NCBI GenBank assembly: GCA_014238855.1
Contig: JABAAH010000009.1
Coordinates: forward strand, 8,292 to 72,291
DNA from: Planctomycetota bacterium
GTDB taxonomy: Bacteria; Planctomycetota; Planctomycetia; Pirellulales; UBA1268
Reading direction: 5' to 3'
Length of the DNA: 64,000 nt
Under the pieces are notes generated by a model. The model ran no database searches, was not told the DNA's origin, and was given only the letters and a program-made list of their open reading frames with translations. Made by a program: the position numbers and the translations under genes. This document shows, piece after piece, positions 39,710 through 49,403 of this stretch (its first letter is position 1; every line of letters begins with the position of its first letter).

Positions 39710-40239
39710 AATGTTCCCCCTAGGTCAGCTGATTTCATTGGTTCAGCATCTTTTGTCATGTCGTAAACACTGAGTAGTTTCTCTTTATCAAAAACCATCT
39801 CTTCACGACTCTTTCCTGTAAGGTCGAGAAGACTTGTGAGCTCAATAGCATCAACAGGACATGCCTCTTCACACATGCCACAAAAAATACAACGGAGTTC
39901 ATCGATTTGAAAGCTCTCGGGATACTTTTCACGATCCTCCCACGGGCTTTCAGTAGCGACGATATCTATGCAGTGGGCAGGGCATGCCGTCGCACAAAGA
40001 AAACAGGCAACACATTTTACTCGACCATTCTCATCTCGATTGAGTCGATGGACACCTCGATAGATGAGCGGATTGCCGATAGTGGGACGCTGTTCCGGAA
40101 AGCTCACCGTGTTTTTTTTGCTAACAAGATGACGACCCGTGGTCGCAAGTCCTTGAACAAAAAGCGGTAAGTAAAGCCGCTCTGCGAGTCCAAGTGGTTT
40201 TTCATCAATCCATGTAATTCCAGGATCAGATGGTTTCAT
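39706..40239 (-). CDS. nuoI: NADH-quinone oxidoreductase subunit I
   Basis: Two 4Fe-4S ferredoxin motifs, CVACFLCATACP and CIFCGMCEEACP. Confidence 0.93.
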   Translation of the reverse strand: MKPSDPGITWIDEKPLGLAERLYLPLFVQGLATTGRHLVSKKNTVSFPEQRPTIGNPLIYRGVHRLNRDENGRVKCVACFLCATACPAHCIDIVATESPWEDREKYPESFQIDELRCIFCGMCEEACPVDAIELTSLLDLTGKSREEMVFDKEKLLSVYDMTKDAEPMKSADLGGTL

Positions 40240-40240
40240 A

Positions 40241-41533
40241 TTACAACTCCACCAGATCAGGCGATTTTTTTTTCATAGAAGTATTTTTTAGATTTTGCTT
40301 TTCGGTAAATGAGTTGGGTGTATGGATCGGTTTGTTGTCCGTTGCTGAAGGAGTAAGTAGACCAGCACAAATCCATCCTCCAAAAAAGATAAGCCAAGGC
40401 CCTCCAATTGTAAGGGAGGTTGCGAGACCGGCACCAAGAGTAGATTCAAGAGCAGGCCGGAACTCCTCGATCGTTGCAACAACAACAAGATTTAGTAGTC
40501 CAAGGGGCAGCATGACTTTCCATGCAAGATTCATGAGTTGATCAAATCGGAAACGGGGCCAACTCCAGCGAACCACCATAAAGAAAAGAATCACAGCAAA
40601 TATTTTTGCGGAAAGTATACCGAACCTCAAAAAGGCACCGAGCCATGTGACTTCTTGAGTACTTCCAGTGATTCCCCAGAAGTGCCATCCTCCTAGAAAC
40701 ATGATCACAATGAGGAAAGCAGCTGTAACCATATGAAGAAATTCAGAAACGAGAAAAAGGAGCAGCTTAATTCCAGCATATTCTGTGTGATAGCCACCAA
40801 CTAATTCTTGCTCAGCTTCAGGGAGGTCAAAAGGTAGCCGAGCAGCTTCAGCAAAGCTTGCAATGAGGAAAACAACAAATCCAAGTGGTTGAGCAAAAAC
40901 GTACCAGAGACCTGTCTCCGCTTGTCTGGTCATAATAATATCAAGCCGCAAAGAGCCGGCTGAGAGAACTACGCCCAGTAGTCCCAACCCGAGTGGAATT
41001 TCGTAGGCAATCAGTTGAGCACTGCTTCGTAGGCCACCAAGAAACCCATATTTATTGTTGCTCGCCCAACCTCCGAGAAGAACACCATAAATGGCAATAC
41101 TTGAGAGCGCAAAAACCCAGAGAACACCAACATCAAGTCCGGGAGCGACGAGAAACGGTACTGGATCTGGAAGGCCGGGAATATTGAGTGGTGGAAGTAC
41201 GCTACCAAAAGGTATCGCAGCAAAAATAGCCAGGGAGGCCGTCAAAAGTACCAATGGAGCGGCGTTATAAAGAGCTTTATCTACATGGCTAGGTGTGAAA
41301 TCTTCTTTGAAGATGATTTTAAGACCATCTGCAAGTGGTTGTCCTAATCCGAAGAGACGAATCTTCGTCAATGGAATACCAACTCGATTTGGGCCTCGTC
41401 GGTCTTGAACCCAAGCAGCAATCCATCTCTCAACCAGAACTAAATATGCAGCAGCTGTCATAAGGCCACCAATAAGGAGACCAATTTTCAAAAGTGCAGC
41501 AAGAGTTTCTGGCGATGGAAGAAGTCCGGTCAT
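40241..41533 (-). CDS. nuoH: NADH-quinone oxidoreductase subunit H (with about 70-aa C-terminal extension)
   Basis: VERWIAAWVQDRRGPNRVG, EAEQELVGGYHTEYAG, WPRFRFDQLM. An extra hydrophobic helix plus basic tail follows the conserved end. Confidence 0.92.
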   Translation of the reverse strand: MTGLLPSPETLAALLKIGLLIGGLMTAAAYLVLVERWIAAWVQDRRGPNRVGIPLTKIRLFGLGQPLADGLKIIFKEDFTPSHVDKALYNAAPLVLLTASLAIFAAIPFGSVLPPLNIPGLPDPVPFLVAPGLDVGVLWVFALSSIAIYGVLLGGWASNNKYGFLGGLRSSAQLIAYEIPLGLGLLGVVLSAGSLRLDIIMTRQAETGLWYVFAQPLGFVVFLIASFAEAARLPFDLPEAEQELVGGYHTEYAGIKLLLFLVSEFLHMVTAAFLIVIMFLGGWHFWGITGSTQEVTWLGAFLRFGILSAKIFAVILFFMVVRWSWPRFRFDQLMNLAWKVMLPLGLLNLVVVATIEEFRPALESTLGAGLATSLTIGGPWLIFFGGWICAGLLTPSATDNKPIHTPNSFTEKQNLKNTSMKKKSPDLVEL

Positions 41534-41577
41534 TGATTTTTTAGGTGGTAGTGCTTGATGGTCTGCTGTTTGTAAGT

Positions 41578-43215
41578 TCAGGTGCCCGCGACCTGCTGCA
41601 ACCTTAGGTCTACACCAAGAGACGGCATGTCACCTGAAAGGGCTGCGAAGCCTACTGAGTTTTTAGCGATTATTTCCCGAATGCTCTCAGAATCATACAG
41701 GCCTTGTCGCCCAAGAAGGCTCCAGAATACTCGGCCCTCAGGCCAGACCCCAGCTGGAGGTCGAATAGCTTGTTCGAAAGTCTGCGCTCTGTGCCCACGA
41801 TTCACCCAGGTGCCATTACGTTCCGCGAATCCAGCAGCGGGCAAGCACCACGTGGCACGTTTAGATAGAGGAGAACGAAACAAGTCTTGAATAACAAGGC
41901 AGTTCGTATTGTCAAAAATAGCTGCGGTTTGTTCATCACACCATGATAATTCGGGTGTTGGATAACCGGCTGTAATCCACGCGGACTGGACAGTTTCTGT
42001 TCGTATCTGCTCAAGAAATTCTTCCCATCCTGGGACAGTACTGTTTTCAGTAAGAGCTCCGAACATACTCAGTATCATTTCAATACCGATGCGATTCGGA
42101 GACTTTTCTCCGCGGATCGTAAATCCTCCAGGAAATGATTCGTCATCGCCGGTTGATGGCACGTGGCCCATGGCTAGATATGCATCCGGATCAATTGCTC
42201 GTGCCACGGCACAAAGCATCCAAGCTTCTTCTATTGTGAGCATAGGCGAGACAGCAACACCTAGTCGTCCCGCATCATGTAGATCCTTTGGCACTTGGCC
42301 GAGAGCAGAAGTCCATTCAACAGTGTTCCAATGTGCATCATTGCGGTGGCTTACTTCCACAATTCGTGTTGCATCATGAAGATGATGCCATCCATAACGG
42401 CCCTCATCACACATCCACCATTTGTTTACATGTTGATTTTCTCGTGGCTTGAGTCGGTACACAGTGTCTTGGTTGTGTTCTGTCACTATCGAACAACCTG
42501 TTGCGCAACCACCACAGACATTTTCTGTTTTCTTTAAAAACCAGACTCTCTGTTGATATAAAAAATCTTTGTCACCCAAGGCACCAACTGGACAAAGGTC
42601 GACAACATTCCCAGACAGTTTGTTGTCTAAAGGAAAGCCAGGGAATGTATCTATTTCTTCCTTCGCCCCTCGAGCAGAGACCATAAGTTCTGCTGTGCCA
42701 GATACCTCTCTCGTGAAGCGGACGCATCGGGTGCACATGATGCAGCGGTCAACAAAGAGCGTTACTGTTGGTCCAACATCTCGGCGGCGGCTACTGAATG
42801 GATGAATGTCAGCCCGCCGTTCGCTCTGTCCGTGTTCAAAGTGATAGTCCTGAAGAAGGCACTCGCCAGCCTTGTCACAAATTGGACAGTCGATCGGATG
42901 ATCTATAAGGAGGGCTTCCTCGACGCGGGCACGACTTTCACGCACAACCTTACTGTTGGTGACGATAACAGTTCCATCTTTAACAGGCGTTTGGCACCCA
43001 GGTACAAGCTTTGGAACCATTGAGATGTCACCGGTCTCAGTGTTTCGAGTCCCTGTCTGAATAAGGCACATGCGGCAACTGGCGACAACAGAAAGTCCGG
43101 GATGCCAGCAGTAGTGTGGAATCTCGACACCTGCGAGACGGGCGACTTCAATGCAGTTGAGCCGTTCGTTCGCTTCGATTTCGATTTCCTGACCGTCAAC
43201 AATAGCTGTAGTCAT
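41578..43215 (-). CDS. nuoG: NADH-quinone oxidoreductase subunit G (short form, 545 aa)
   Basis: 2Fe-2S region (CWHPGLSVVASCRMC), His-ligated cluster motif HPIDCPICDKAGEC, CIMCTRCVRF...CPVGAL, CGGCATGC, then a truncated molybdopterin-like domain. Confidence 0.88.
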   Translation of the reverse strand: MTTAIVDGQEIEIEANERLNCIEVARLAGVEIPHYCWHPGLSVVASCRMCLIQTGTRNTETGDISMVPKLVPGCQTPVKDGTVIVTNSKVVRESRARVEEALLIDHPIDCPICDKAGECLLQDYHFEHGQSERRADIHPFSSRRRDVGPTVTLFVDRCIMCTRCVRFTREVSGTAELMVSARGAKEEIDTFPGFPLDNKLSGNVVDLCPVGALGDKDFLYQQRVWFLKKTENVCGGCATGCSIVTEHNQDTVYRLKPRENQHVNKWWMCDEGRYGWHHLHDATRIVEVSHRNDAHWNTVEWTSALGQVPKDLHDAGRLGVAVSPMLTIEEAWMLCAVARAIDPDAYLAMGHVPSTGDDESFPGGFTIRGEKSPNRIGIEMILSMFGALTENSTVPGWEEFLEQIRTETVQSAWITAGYPTPELSWCDEQTAAIFDNTNCLVIQDLFRSPLSKRATWCLPAAGFAERNGTWVNRGHRAQTFEQAIRPPAGVWPEGRVFWSLLGRQGLYDSESIREIIAKNSVGFAALSGDMPSLGVDLRLQQVAGT

Positions 43216-43242
43216 AGTAGAAAATATGTAGCAGTGAAATAA

Positions 43243-44607
43243 TTAGTGGGTGGTGACTATCGGCAAGGCAGGAACAGGATCGGTTTCCATGTAACCAGTC
43301 GGATTCGTCTGTTTGATGTAGTCTTCAAATTCATCTCGAAATTTTGTGATGGAATTCTTTATTGGCCATGCGGCACCATCGGCTAAGCCACAGATTGTTG
43401 ACCCCGGCATCATTCCCATCGTGTCACCAATTTCTGTAAGGAGATCGAGATCACGTAATCTACCCTTTCCGGCTCGGATTCGCTCAAGCATCCGGAGTGA
43501 CCAGCTCGTGCCTTCTCGACAGGGCGTGCACTGACCGCAGGACTCGTGTGCAAAAAAGCGACATGAATTATGTAGGAAGTCGATAATGCTGACAGTGTCA
43601 TCGATGACGACAACAGCTGCTGTTCCGAGACCAAGGCAACCAACCGTTCCCGGACCAGTAAAATCCAGTGGCGTGTCAAGTTCATCTTCAGTCATCAACC
43701 CCATGGAGATTCCTCCAGGAATGACTGCTTTCGCCCGGCGTCCTTTCCAGACACCACCGCCAAAGCGATCAATCAATTCACGTGCTGTGATACCGAGAGG
43801 TGCTTCGTAGCAACCAGGTTTTTCCACGTGACCAGATAAGCAGTAAAGCTTCGGTCCGTAGCTGCCTGGATCTCTCGGGTTATTTGGATCAGCAGGAGTA
43901 CCGATCGATCGAAACCACTCAATACCACGCCTGGCAATCTGTGCTACGCATGCCATTGTCTCGATGTTATTTACAACCGTGGGCTTCCGGAACACGCCCT
44001 CTATCGCAGGGAAGGGAGGCTTGATTCGAGGCCATGCTCGTTTGCCTTCAAGACTTTCTATGAGACCAGTTTCTTCACCGCAAATATAAGCAGCTGCGCC
44101 ACGATGAAGATATATGTCGAGAGAAAATCCGCTGCCTTGAATGTTGTCGCCAAGAAGTCCCGTCAAGTATGCCTCATCGATAGCTTTTTGAAGCGAATCC
44201 CAACTCTTCGGATATTCATATCGTAGATAGATGTATGCAGTACTGGCTCGTGTGGCATAAGCAGATATTACTATTCCCTCAAGAACTTGGTGGGGGTCGT
44301 CTTCCATGAGGATTCTGTTGTTGAAGGTGCCTGGCTCACTTTCGTCTGCGTTGACACATAGATAGATGGGCCCTGGATGATCTTTTGGAAGAAACGTCCA
44401 TTTTAAGCCGGTCATAAAGCCAGCCCCACCTCGCCCTCGAAGGCCAGAGGATTTCACTAAGTCAACAACTTCAGACGGCTTTTTTTCTGCAAGTAACTTT
44501 TCAAGCGGGGTGTATCCACCACGACTGCGGTAGCTTTCGATACCGAAGCCATTCTTGATGCCAACAGCTTCGAGAAGTACGGGTCGAAATGTATCAGAGG
44601 GCTTCAT
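43243..44607 (-). CDS. nuoF: NADH-quinone oxidoreductase subunit F
   Basis: GLRGRGGAGF (FMN/NADH site), ESCGQCTPCREG (N3 cluster). Confidence 0.94.
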   Translation of the reverse strand: MKPSDTFRPVLLEAVGIKNGFGIESYRSRGGYTPLEKLLAEKKPSEVVDLVKSSGLRGRGGAGFMTGLKWTFLPKDHPGPIYLCVNADESEPGTFNNRILMEDDPHQVLEGIVISAYATRASTAYIYLRYEYPKSWDSLQKAIDEAYLTGLLGDNIQGSGFSLDIYLHRGAAAYICGEETGLIESLEGKRAWPRIKPPFPAIEGVFRKPTVVNNIETMACVAQIARRGIEWFRSIGTPADPNNPRDPGSYGPKLYCLSGHVEKPGCYEAPLGITARELIDRFGGGVWKGRRAKAVIPGGISMGLMTEDELDTPLDFTGPGTVGCLGLGTAAVVVIDDTVSIIDFLHNSCRFFAHESCGQCTPCREGTSWSLRMLERIRAGKGRLRDLDLLTEIGDTMGMMPGSTICGLADGAAWPIKNSITKFRDEFEDYIKQTNPTGYMETDPVPALPIVTTH

Positions 44608-45101
44608 CCGTTTTGCCTCCCAACCGATTCGAGAAATGCATCTGCTTTTTCAGGCGTCAAATCTTTATGTAAGTCGTTTCCTGCAAGCATACAAGGTGCA
44701 AAGTCACAGGCACCCAGACACTCGGCAGGCTCAATAGTAATGGTGCCGTCAGACGTTGTTTCGCCTGGCTTAATTCCTGCCTTTTTGCACAAATGGTCAA
44801 GAACTTGCTCACCACCACGAAGAGCACATGAAATGGAGCGGCATACAAACGCTCGAACTTTTCCATGTGGCTCTGTTTGGTAAAAAAATTGGTAAAAAGT
44901 AAGAGTGTCCTGAACTTCTGCTGGTGCGAGATCAAGCAGTTGTGCTATTTCGACAACAGCTTCTAGTGGAACATGGCGGAGTTCATCATGAACAACATGG
45001 AGTGCTGGCAATGTTAGGGCTTGTTTTGTTGGGTAACGCGAAGCCAAAGCTTCGATCTGTTCAACCATGCCGTCAGTAAGAATTCTGCGATTTGCAATCA
45101 T
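44604..45101 (-). CDS. nuoE: NADH-quinone oxidoreductase subunit E
   Basis: Thioredoxin-like 2Fe-2S motif C-x4-C ... C-x3-C (VCRSISCALRG ... CLGACDFAPC). ATGA overlaps on both sides. Confidence 0.92.
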   Translation of the reverse strand: MIANRRILTDGMVEQIEALASRYPTKQALTLPALHVVHDELRHVPLEAVVEIAQLLDLAPAEVQDTLTFYQFFYQTEPHGKVRAFVCRSISCALRGGEQVLDHLCKKAGIKPGETTSDGTITIEPAECLGACDFAPCMLAGNDLHKDLTPEKADAFLESVGRQNG

Positions 45102-46321
45102 CGGTCAAGCTCCGCAGCAATGATATTGAGGCTTCCAAGCACCGCCACGACGTCCGAAAGCGTATGTCCCCGAATCAGATGTGGAAACATCGCAAAGTTC
45201 AAAACGGAAGGAGGTCTGCATCGAGCTCTGTAAGCCTGATCCTCACCATCACCAACAATATAAAAGCCTAGCTCACCATTCGGTGCCTCGATGGCAGCAT
45301 AAATCTCTTCACACGGAACTTCGAATCCCTTGTTACTCATGCTAAGTTCGAAATGCGAGATAGTTCCTTCGATTGTTGAATACACCTGATTTTTTGTTGG
45401 AAGAGTAGTTCTTTCGTCGATACCAACATTCATAGGGCCGCTTGGCAGATGCTCAATGGCTTGCTCAACAATTCTGAGGCTTTCTCGCATCTCTTGCATT
45501 CGAATGAGATACCGTGCGTAGCAATCACCAGCCGAAGCGCAGGATATCTGAAAGTCAAAGTCACCGTATGCGAGATAGGGCTCGTCTCGTCGTAGATCCC
45601 GAGTAACACCGCTCGCCCGAGCAACAGGGCCGGTTGCACCTCGGTTAATAGCTTCCTCTTTCGTGAGCACGCCAACACCCTGTGTTCGATCAACAAAGAT
45701 ACGATTACGGTTAAGTAATCGCTGCATGTCGTTAAGTGTTTTTGGAAATGTCTTTACGAACGCCCGAATTTTTTCAATGACAAGTGGGGTGAAATCGTGC
45801 GAGACACCTCCAACACGCGTGTAACTGTTCGTAAATCGTGCCCCGCAAAGCGTTTCGAAGATGTCATAAATTACTTCTCGCTGGTAGAAGGCATAGAGGA
45901 AGTAAGTAAATGCTCCAGTATCAAGGCCAACTGCCCCGTTGCTTAAGAGGTGATCACTGATTCGTGCGAGTTCAGCGACAATCGTTCGGATGTATGTGCA
46001 GCGTGGCGTTAGCTTGATTCCAAGAAGTGTTTCAACAGCGTGATGCCAAGCCACATTATTTGCCATCGGAGAAATATAATTCATTCGATCAGTGACAGTA
46101 ACGTACTGATTAAAAGTGAGGTGCTCCGCAATTTTTTCAAAGCCAGAGTGGAGATAGCCCATCTCGGGAACGGCATCAACAACACGCTCACCATCAAGTT
46201 TTAAAACAAGCCGTAATGTCGTATGCGTCGCTGGGTGCTGTGGACCGAAGTTCAAGGTCCAAAGGTAGTCTTCGCTTCTTGCCTCTGGCGAAGATTCAAT
46301 TTCTGGTGGGGCAATAGACAT
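45098..46321 (-). CDS. nuoD: NADH-quinone oxidoreductase subunit D
   Basis: LNFGPQHPATHTTLRL, 49-kDa subunit length and C-terminal ...LGSLNIIAAELDR. Confidence 0.94.
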   Translation of the reverse strand: MSIAPPEIESSPEARSEDYLWTLNFGPQHPATHTTLRLVLKLDGERVVDAVPEMGYLHSGFEKIAEHLTFNQYVTVTDRMNYISPMANNVAWHHAVETLLGIKLTPRCTYIRTIVAELARISDHLLSNGAVGLDTGAFTYFLYAFYQREVIYDIFETLCGARFTNSYTRVGGVSHDFTPLVIEKIRAFVKTFPKTLNDMQRLLNRNRIFVDRTQGVGVLTKEEAINRGATGPVARASGVTRDLRRDEPYLAYGDFDFQISCASAGDCYARYLIRMQEMRESLRIVEQAIEHLPSGPMNVGIDERTTLPTKNQVYSTIEGTISHFELSMSNKGFEVPCEEIYAAIEAPNGELGFYIVGDGEDQAYRARCRPPSVLNFAMFPHLIRGHTLSDVVAVLGSLNIIAAELDR

Positions 46322-46342
46322 AGAGATAGTTTATAAAAGTGT

Positions 46343-46879
46343 TCAGCTATGGTCGCGAGTAATGACTGGGAAGTTGTGACGTTCCCCACGCCCTTGGAGT
46401 GGATAATCTTTACGGAGAGGATGGGCAGTAAATTCTTCTGGCATGACAAGGCGTCGCAAGTCAGGGTGGCCTGTAAAATGAATGCCAAAAAGGTCCCACA
46501 CTTCACGCTCCAACCAGTTAGCTGCTTCCCATAAGGGCACAACGCTTGCAACTGTTGGTTTAGGGTCGTCGACAAAAGTTCGTACCGTAAGCCTATCGGT
46601 GTTCATCGTGGAAGCCAGCAAGTAAACCAATCCATACCGGTGTTTGGCCTTACGATATTCGAGATAGTCAACGCATGTAATATCGATGAACAGATCGAAG
46701 CCACGGTCTTTGAGCATGGAGAGTGCATCAAAAGAATTCTTAGCTGGCACAATGACCCGCTGTTGATTCCTATATATTGAAGATTCAATAGGCCCACAGA
46801 ATGCATTGAGCGCACGTACATGAATGTTTTCAATTACGTTATCGGTGCTCGTTTCAGAAGTATCGGTCATCGCGTTCAC
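46343..46879 (-). CDS. nuoC: NADH-quinone oxidoreductase subunit C
   Basis: DITCVDYLEY and EREVWDLFGIHFTGHPDLRRL, typical 30-kDa subunit motifs. Confidence 0.92.
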   Translation of the reverse strand: MNAMTDTSETSTDNVIENIHVRALNAFCGPIESSIYRNQQRVIVPAKNSFDALSMLKDRGFDLFIDITCVDYLEYRKAKHRYGLVYLLASTMNTDRLTVRTFVDDPKPTVASVVPLWEAANWLEREVWDLFGIHFTGHPDLRRLVMPEEFTAHPLRKDYPLQGRGERHNFPVITRDHS

Positions 46880-46900
46880 GGTGAGTAAGGAAATATAAAA

Positions 46901-47527
46901 TTAGTTGAGATTGCTAGCTGATTTTGAAAGTTCACGTTGTAAATTTGGGTTACGAGACGCATCAAGAGTAAGGGTGTCGGGGCATTCAACTAAAGCTCGT
47001 TTTTTATCTTGACGTTGACGTGTATTGAATTCTCTTCCGGTGATTGTTCCCTCTGCCTGAATCTTGTCTTGTAGGTCGATGATCGCTTGAATCAGTTGTT
47101 CGGGACGCGGAGGGCAGCCGGGTACATACATGTCGACAGGAATAAAACGATCAATACCTTGAACAACAGCGTATGTATCGAAAATGCCGCCCGTACTTGC
47201 ACAGGCACCCATCGATATACACCACTTTGGTTCATGCATCTGTTGCCAGATGCGTTGAAGAACTGGGAGCATTTTCATAACGACACGCCCCGCAACAATC
47301 ATCAGGTCGCATTGACGAGGACTAAATCGAAAAACTTCGGCACCAAACCGAGACAGATCATGTTTCGCAGCACCTGTTGCCATAAGTTCAATACCACAAC
47401 ACGCAGTTGCGAATGGCATTGGCCACAAGCTGTTTTTACGACACCAACTTGCGAGCTCATCGAGTCGGCTCACAACAACATTTTCTGGAAGTTCCAGGCT
47501 AGGTGATTCTGATTGTGTTACCGCCAT
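46901..47527 (-). CDS. nuoB: NADH-quinone oxidoreductase subunit B
   Basis: N2 cluster ligands CCGIELMA, GACASTGG, VPGCPPRPE. Confidence 0.94.
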   Translation of the reverse strand: MAVTQSESPSLELPENVVVSRLDELASWCRKNSLWPMPFATACCGIELMATGAAKHDLSRFGAEVFRFSPRQCDLMIVAGRVVMKMLPVLQRIWQQMHEPKWCISMGACASTGGIFDTYAVVQGIDRFIPVDMYVPGCPPRPEQLIQAIIDLQDKIQAEGTITGREFNTRQRQDKKRALVECPDTLTLDASRNPNLQRELSKSASNLN

Positions 47528-47913
47528 CGAAATACTCCCTTTCGCCAGTCATACGCAAAGCCCACAACAATAAGAAGAATGAAGACAAGACCACCGCCAA
47601 AAGCAAGCCCTCTCCCCGAGATCATCCCTTCAGCAACAGCTGCGTCTATGCCTGCAGACGACCTACTTGCAACAGCCCATGGATAGAGAAAGAGCAGCTC
47701 AACATCAAAAATAAGAAAAGTCACAGCGACAAGATGAAATCGTACGTCAAACCGTCGACGGGTATCATGGATAGGATCCATGCCACTTTCGTACGGCATG
47801 TCTTTCACAGCACTCTTTCGTCTTGGTGCAACTACGAGAGGAAGAACGAGGAGGCTCACAGAAACTGCTGCGGCAATTACAACGAAAAGCAAGACAGGGA
47901 GAATAGTGTCCAT
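47518..47913 (-). CDS. nuoA: NADH-quinone oxidoreductase subunit A
   Basis: 131 aa, three TM helices, ND3 motif FLIFDVELLFLYPWA. First gene of the operon. Confidence 0.9.
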   Translation of the reverse strand: MDTILPVLLFVVIAAAVSVSLLVLPLVVAPRRKSAVKDMPYESGMDPIHDTRRRFDVRFHLVAVTFLIFDVELLFLYPWAVASRSSAGIDAAVAEGMISGRGLAFGGGLVFILLIVVGFAYDWRKGVFRWR

Positions 47914-48144
47914 GTACTAGCTTATCGCTGTCTACAAGTGGAGGGAAGCAAAAAGGAGCCCAGAAAAGGAATTCAATGAGACATACCTTAACTTTGTGAA
48001 AAATGTGTAATACAAGTGTCAAAAATGCATTGCCTACCACTTTTCCAACACTCTTTTATACAGTCTGTCAGCCAAATCAGCGAGCGGCTCTTACGATTGT
48101 TTTTTCAGGAACTCATTTAGAAACCTGCTAGTTTAAAGCGAACC

Positions 48145-49374
48145 ATGCCTGATACCACTCGAATTCTGGCTGATCTTGTTCGCCTTCCTAGCGTAAATCC
48201 GATGGGTAGCTCCCATACAGGACCGGACTATCTTGAAGGAAGGGTGACTGATTACCTCCTGAACAGGCTTACGAAAGTCGGGCTGAGCCCAGTTCGGCAG
48301 ACTGTGTCCCCGGGACGAGATAACGTTGTAGCCATTTTGCCAGCGACTACGCCTGACTCACCAGTATTTCTGTGGGATGCACATCAAGACACGGTCCCTG
48401 TAGATGGGATGACAATCAAACCATTTGCGCCAGTTATTGAGAACGGCCACTTGTATGGTAGGGGTTCCTGCGATGTGAAAGGAGGAATGGCTGCAATGAT
48501 ATCAGCACTTGAGCAATTGTCGGTACTAGAGACACGACATGCTTCTGTTGTTTTTGTCGCGAGTGTCAATGAAGAGTTTGGTTTTTCTGGTGCAAAAGCA
48601 TTCATTAAATTGTTTCGTATGAATGACAGTGAAAGCAATAATGAAGGAGACGATGCTGCAAAAGAATTGGTGCAAAAAGTTCTTCCTGAAGGCTTTAATC
48701 TGGTCGTTGTAGCTGAGCCGACAAGCCTTCGTTTAGTAACGCAACACAAAGGCGCCGTTCGGTGGCGCATCAAAGTATGTGGTCGATCGTGTCATAGCTC
48801 TTACCCGGAGAAGGGGGTGAATGCGATTTATTCTGCTGCTCGAGTTGCGTTGCTGCTTGAATCATTGGCGAGTGATCTTTCCCTTCGAAAAACATCACAT
48901 CCTTGTGGCAGCCCAACACTCAGTGTCGGAACAATACATGGCGGTATGGGTGTGAATCTTGTGCCCGACAGCGTTGTCCTTGAAGTTGATCGCCGATTAG
49001 TGCCAGGTGAAAATCCATTTACAGCACGGCGCGAGGTGATGGATTATATTTCGGCAAATTGCCCAACGGAAATCATTGAGCACGAGAAACCATTTCTTGC
49101 GAGTGCCGGTCTCTCAAGTGAAGGAGTTGGATCAGCTGAAGCGGCTGCTCGACTTCGAAAGGCTGTAGCTGATACGGGTATGGATGCTATTGAGGAAGTT
49201 GCTCGTTATGGGACCAACGCATGTGTTTATGCTGAAGCGGGACTGCCATGTGTTGTCTTCGGGCCTGGTTCAATTGCCCAAGCACATACGGCTGATGAGT
49301 GGATTAGTCTAGGCGAGGTTGAGAAGGCAGCAGAGATCCTTAGGGATCTCGTTGTTTCCGCCAAGCGACTATAA
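48145..49374 (+). CDS. M20-family metallopeptidase (ArgE/DapE-like deacylase)
   Basis: LWDAHQDTVP, GRGSCDVKGG, NEEFGFSG, dimerisation-domain-sized insert, HTADEW near the C-terminus. Confidence 0.8.
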   Translation: MPDTTRILADLVRLPSVNPMGSSHTGPDYLEGRVTDYLLNRLTKVGLSPVRQTVSPGRDNVVAILPATTPDSPVFLWDAHQDTVPVDGMTIKPFAPVIENGHLYGRGSCDVKGGMAAMISALEQLSVLETRHASVVFVASVNEEFGFSGAKAFIKLFRMNDSESNNEGDDAAKELVQKVLPEGFNLVVVAEPTSLRLVTQHKGAVRWRIKVCGRSCHSSYPEKGVNAIYSAARVALLLESLASDLSLRKTSHPCGSPTLSVGTIHGGMGVNLVPDSVVLEVDRRLVPGENPFTARREVMDYISANCPTEIIEHEKPFLASAGLSSEGVGSAEAAARLRKAVADTGMDAIEEVARYGTNACVYAEAGLPCVVFGPGSIAQAHTADEWISLGEVEKAAEILRDLVVSAKRL

Positions 49375-49403
49375 GTCGTCCAGTGGGGCTCGTTCTAGTA
49401 CAG

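Noticed and set aside
47503-47979. 158-aa plus-strand ORF (and 47087-47506, 139 aa) overlapping nuoA/nuoB.
   Set aside because: They are antisense shadows of strongly supported nuo genes. The translations are Lys/Arg/Cys/Ser-rich with no motifs.
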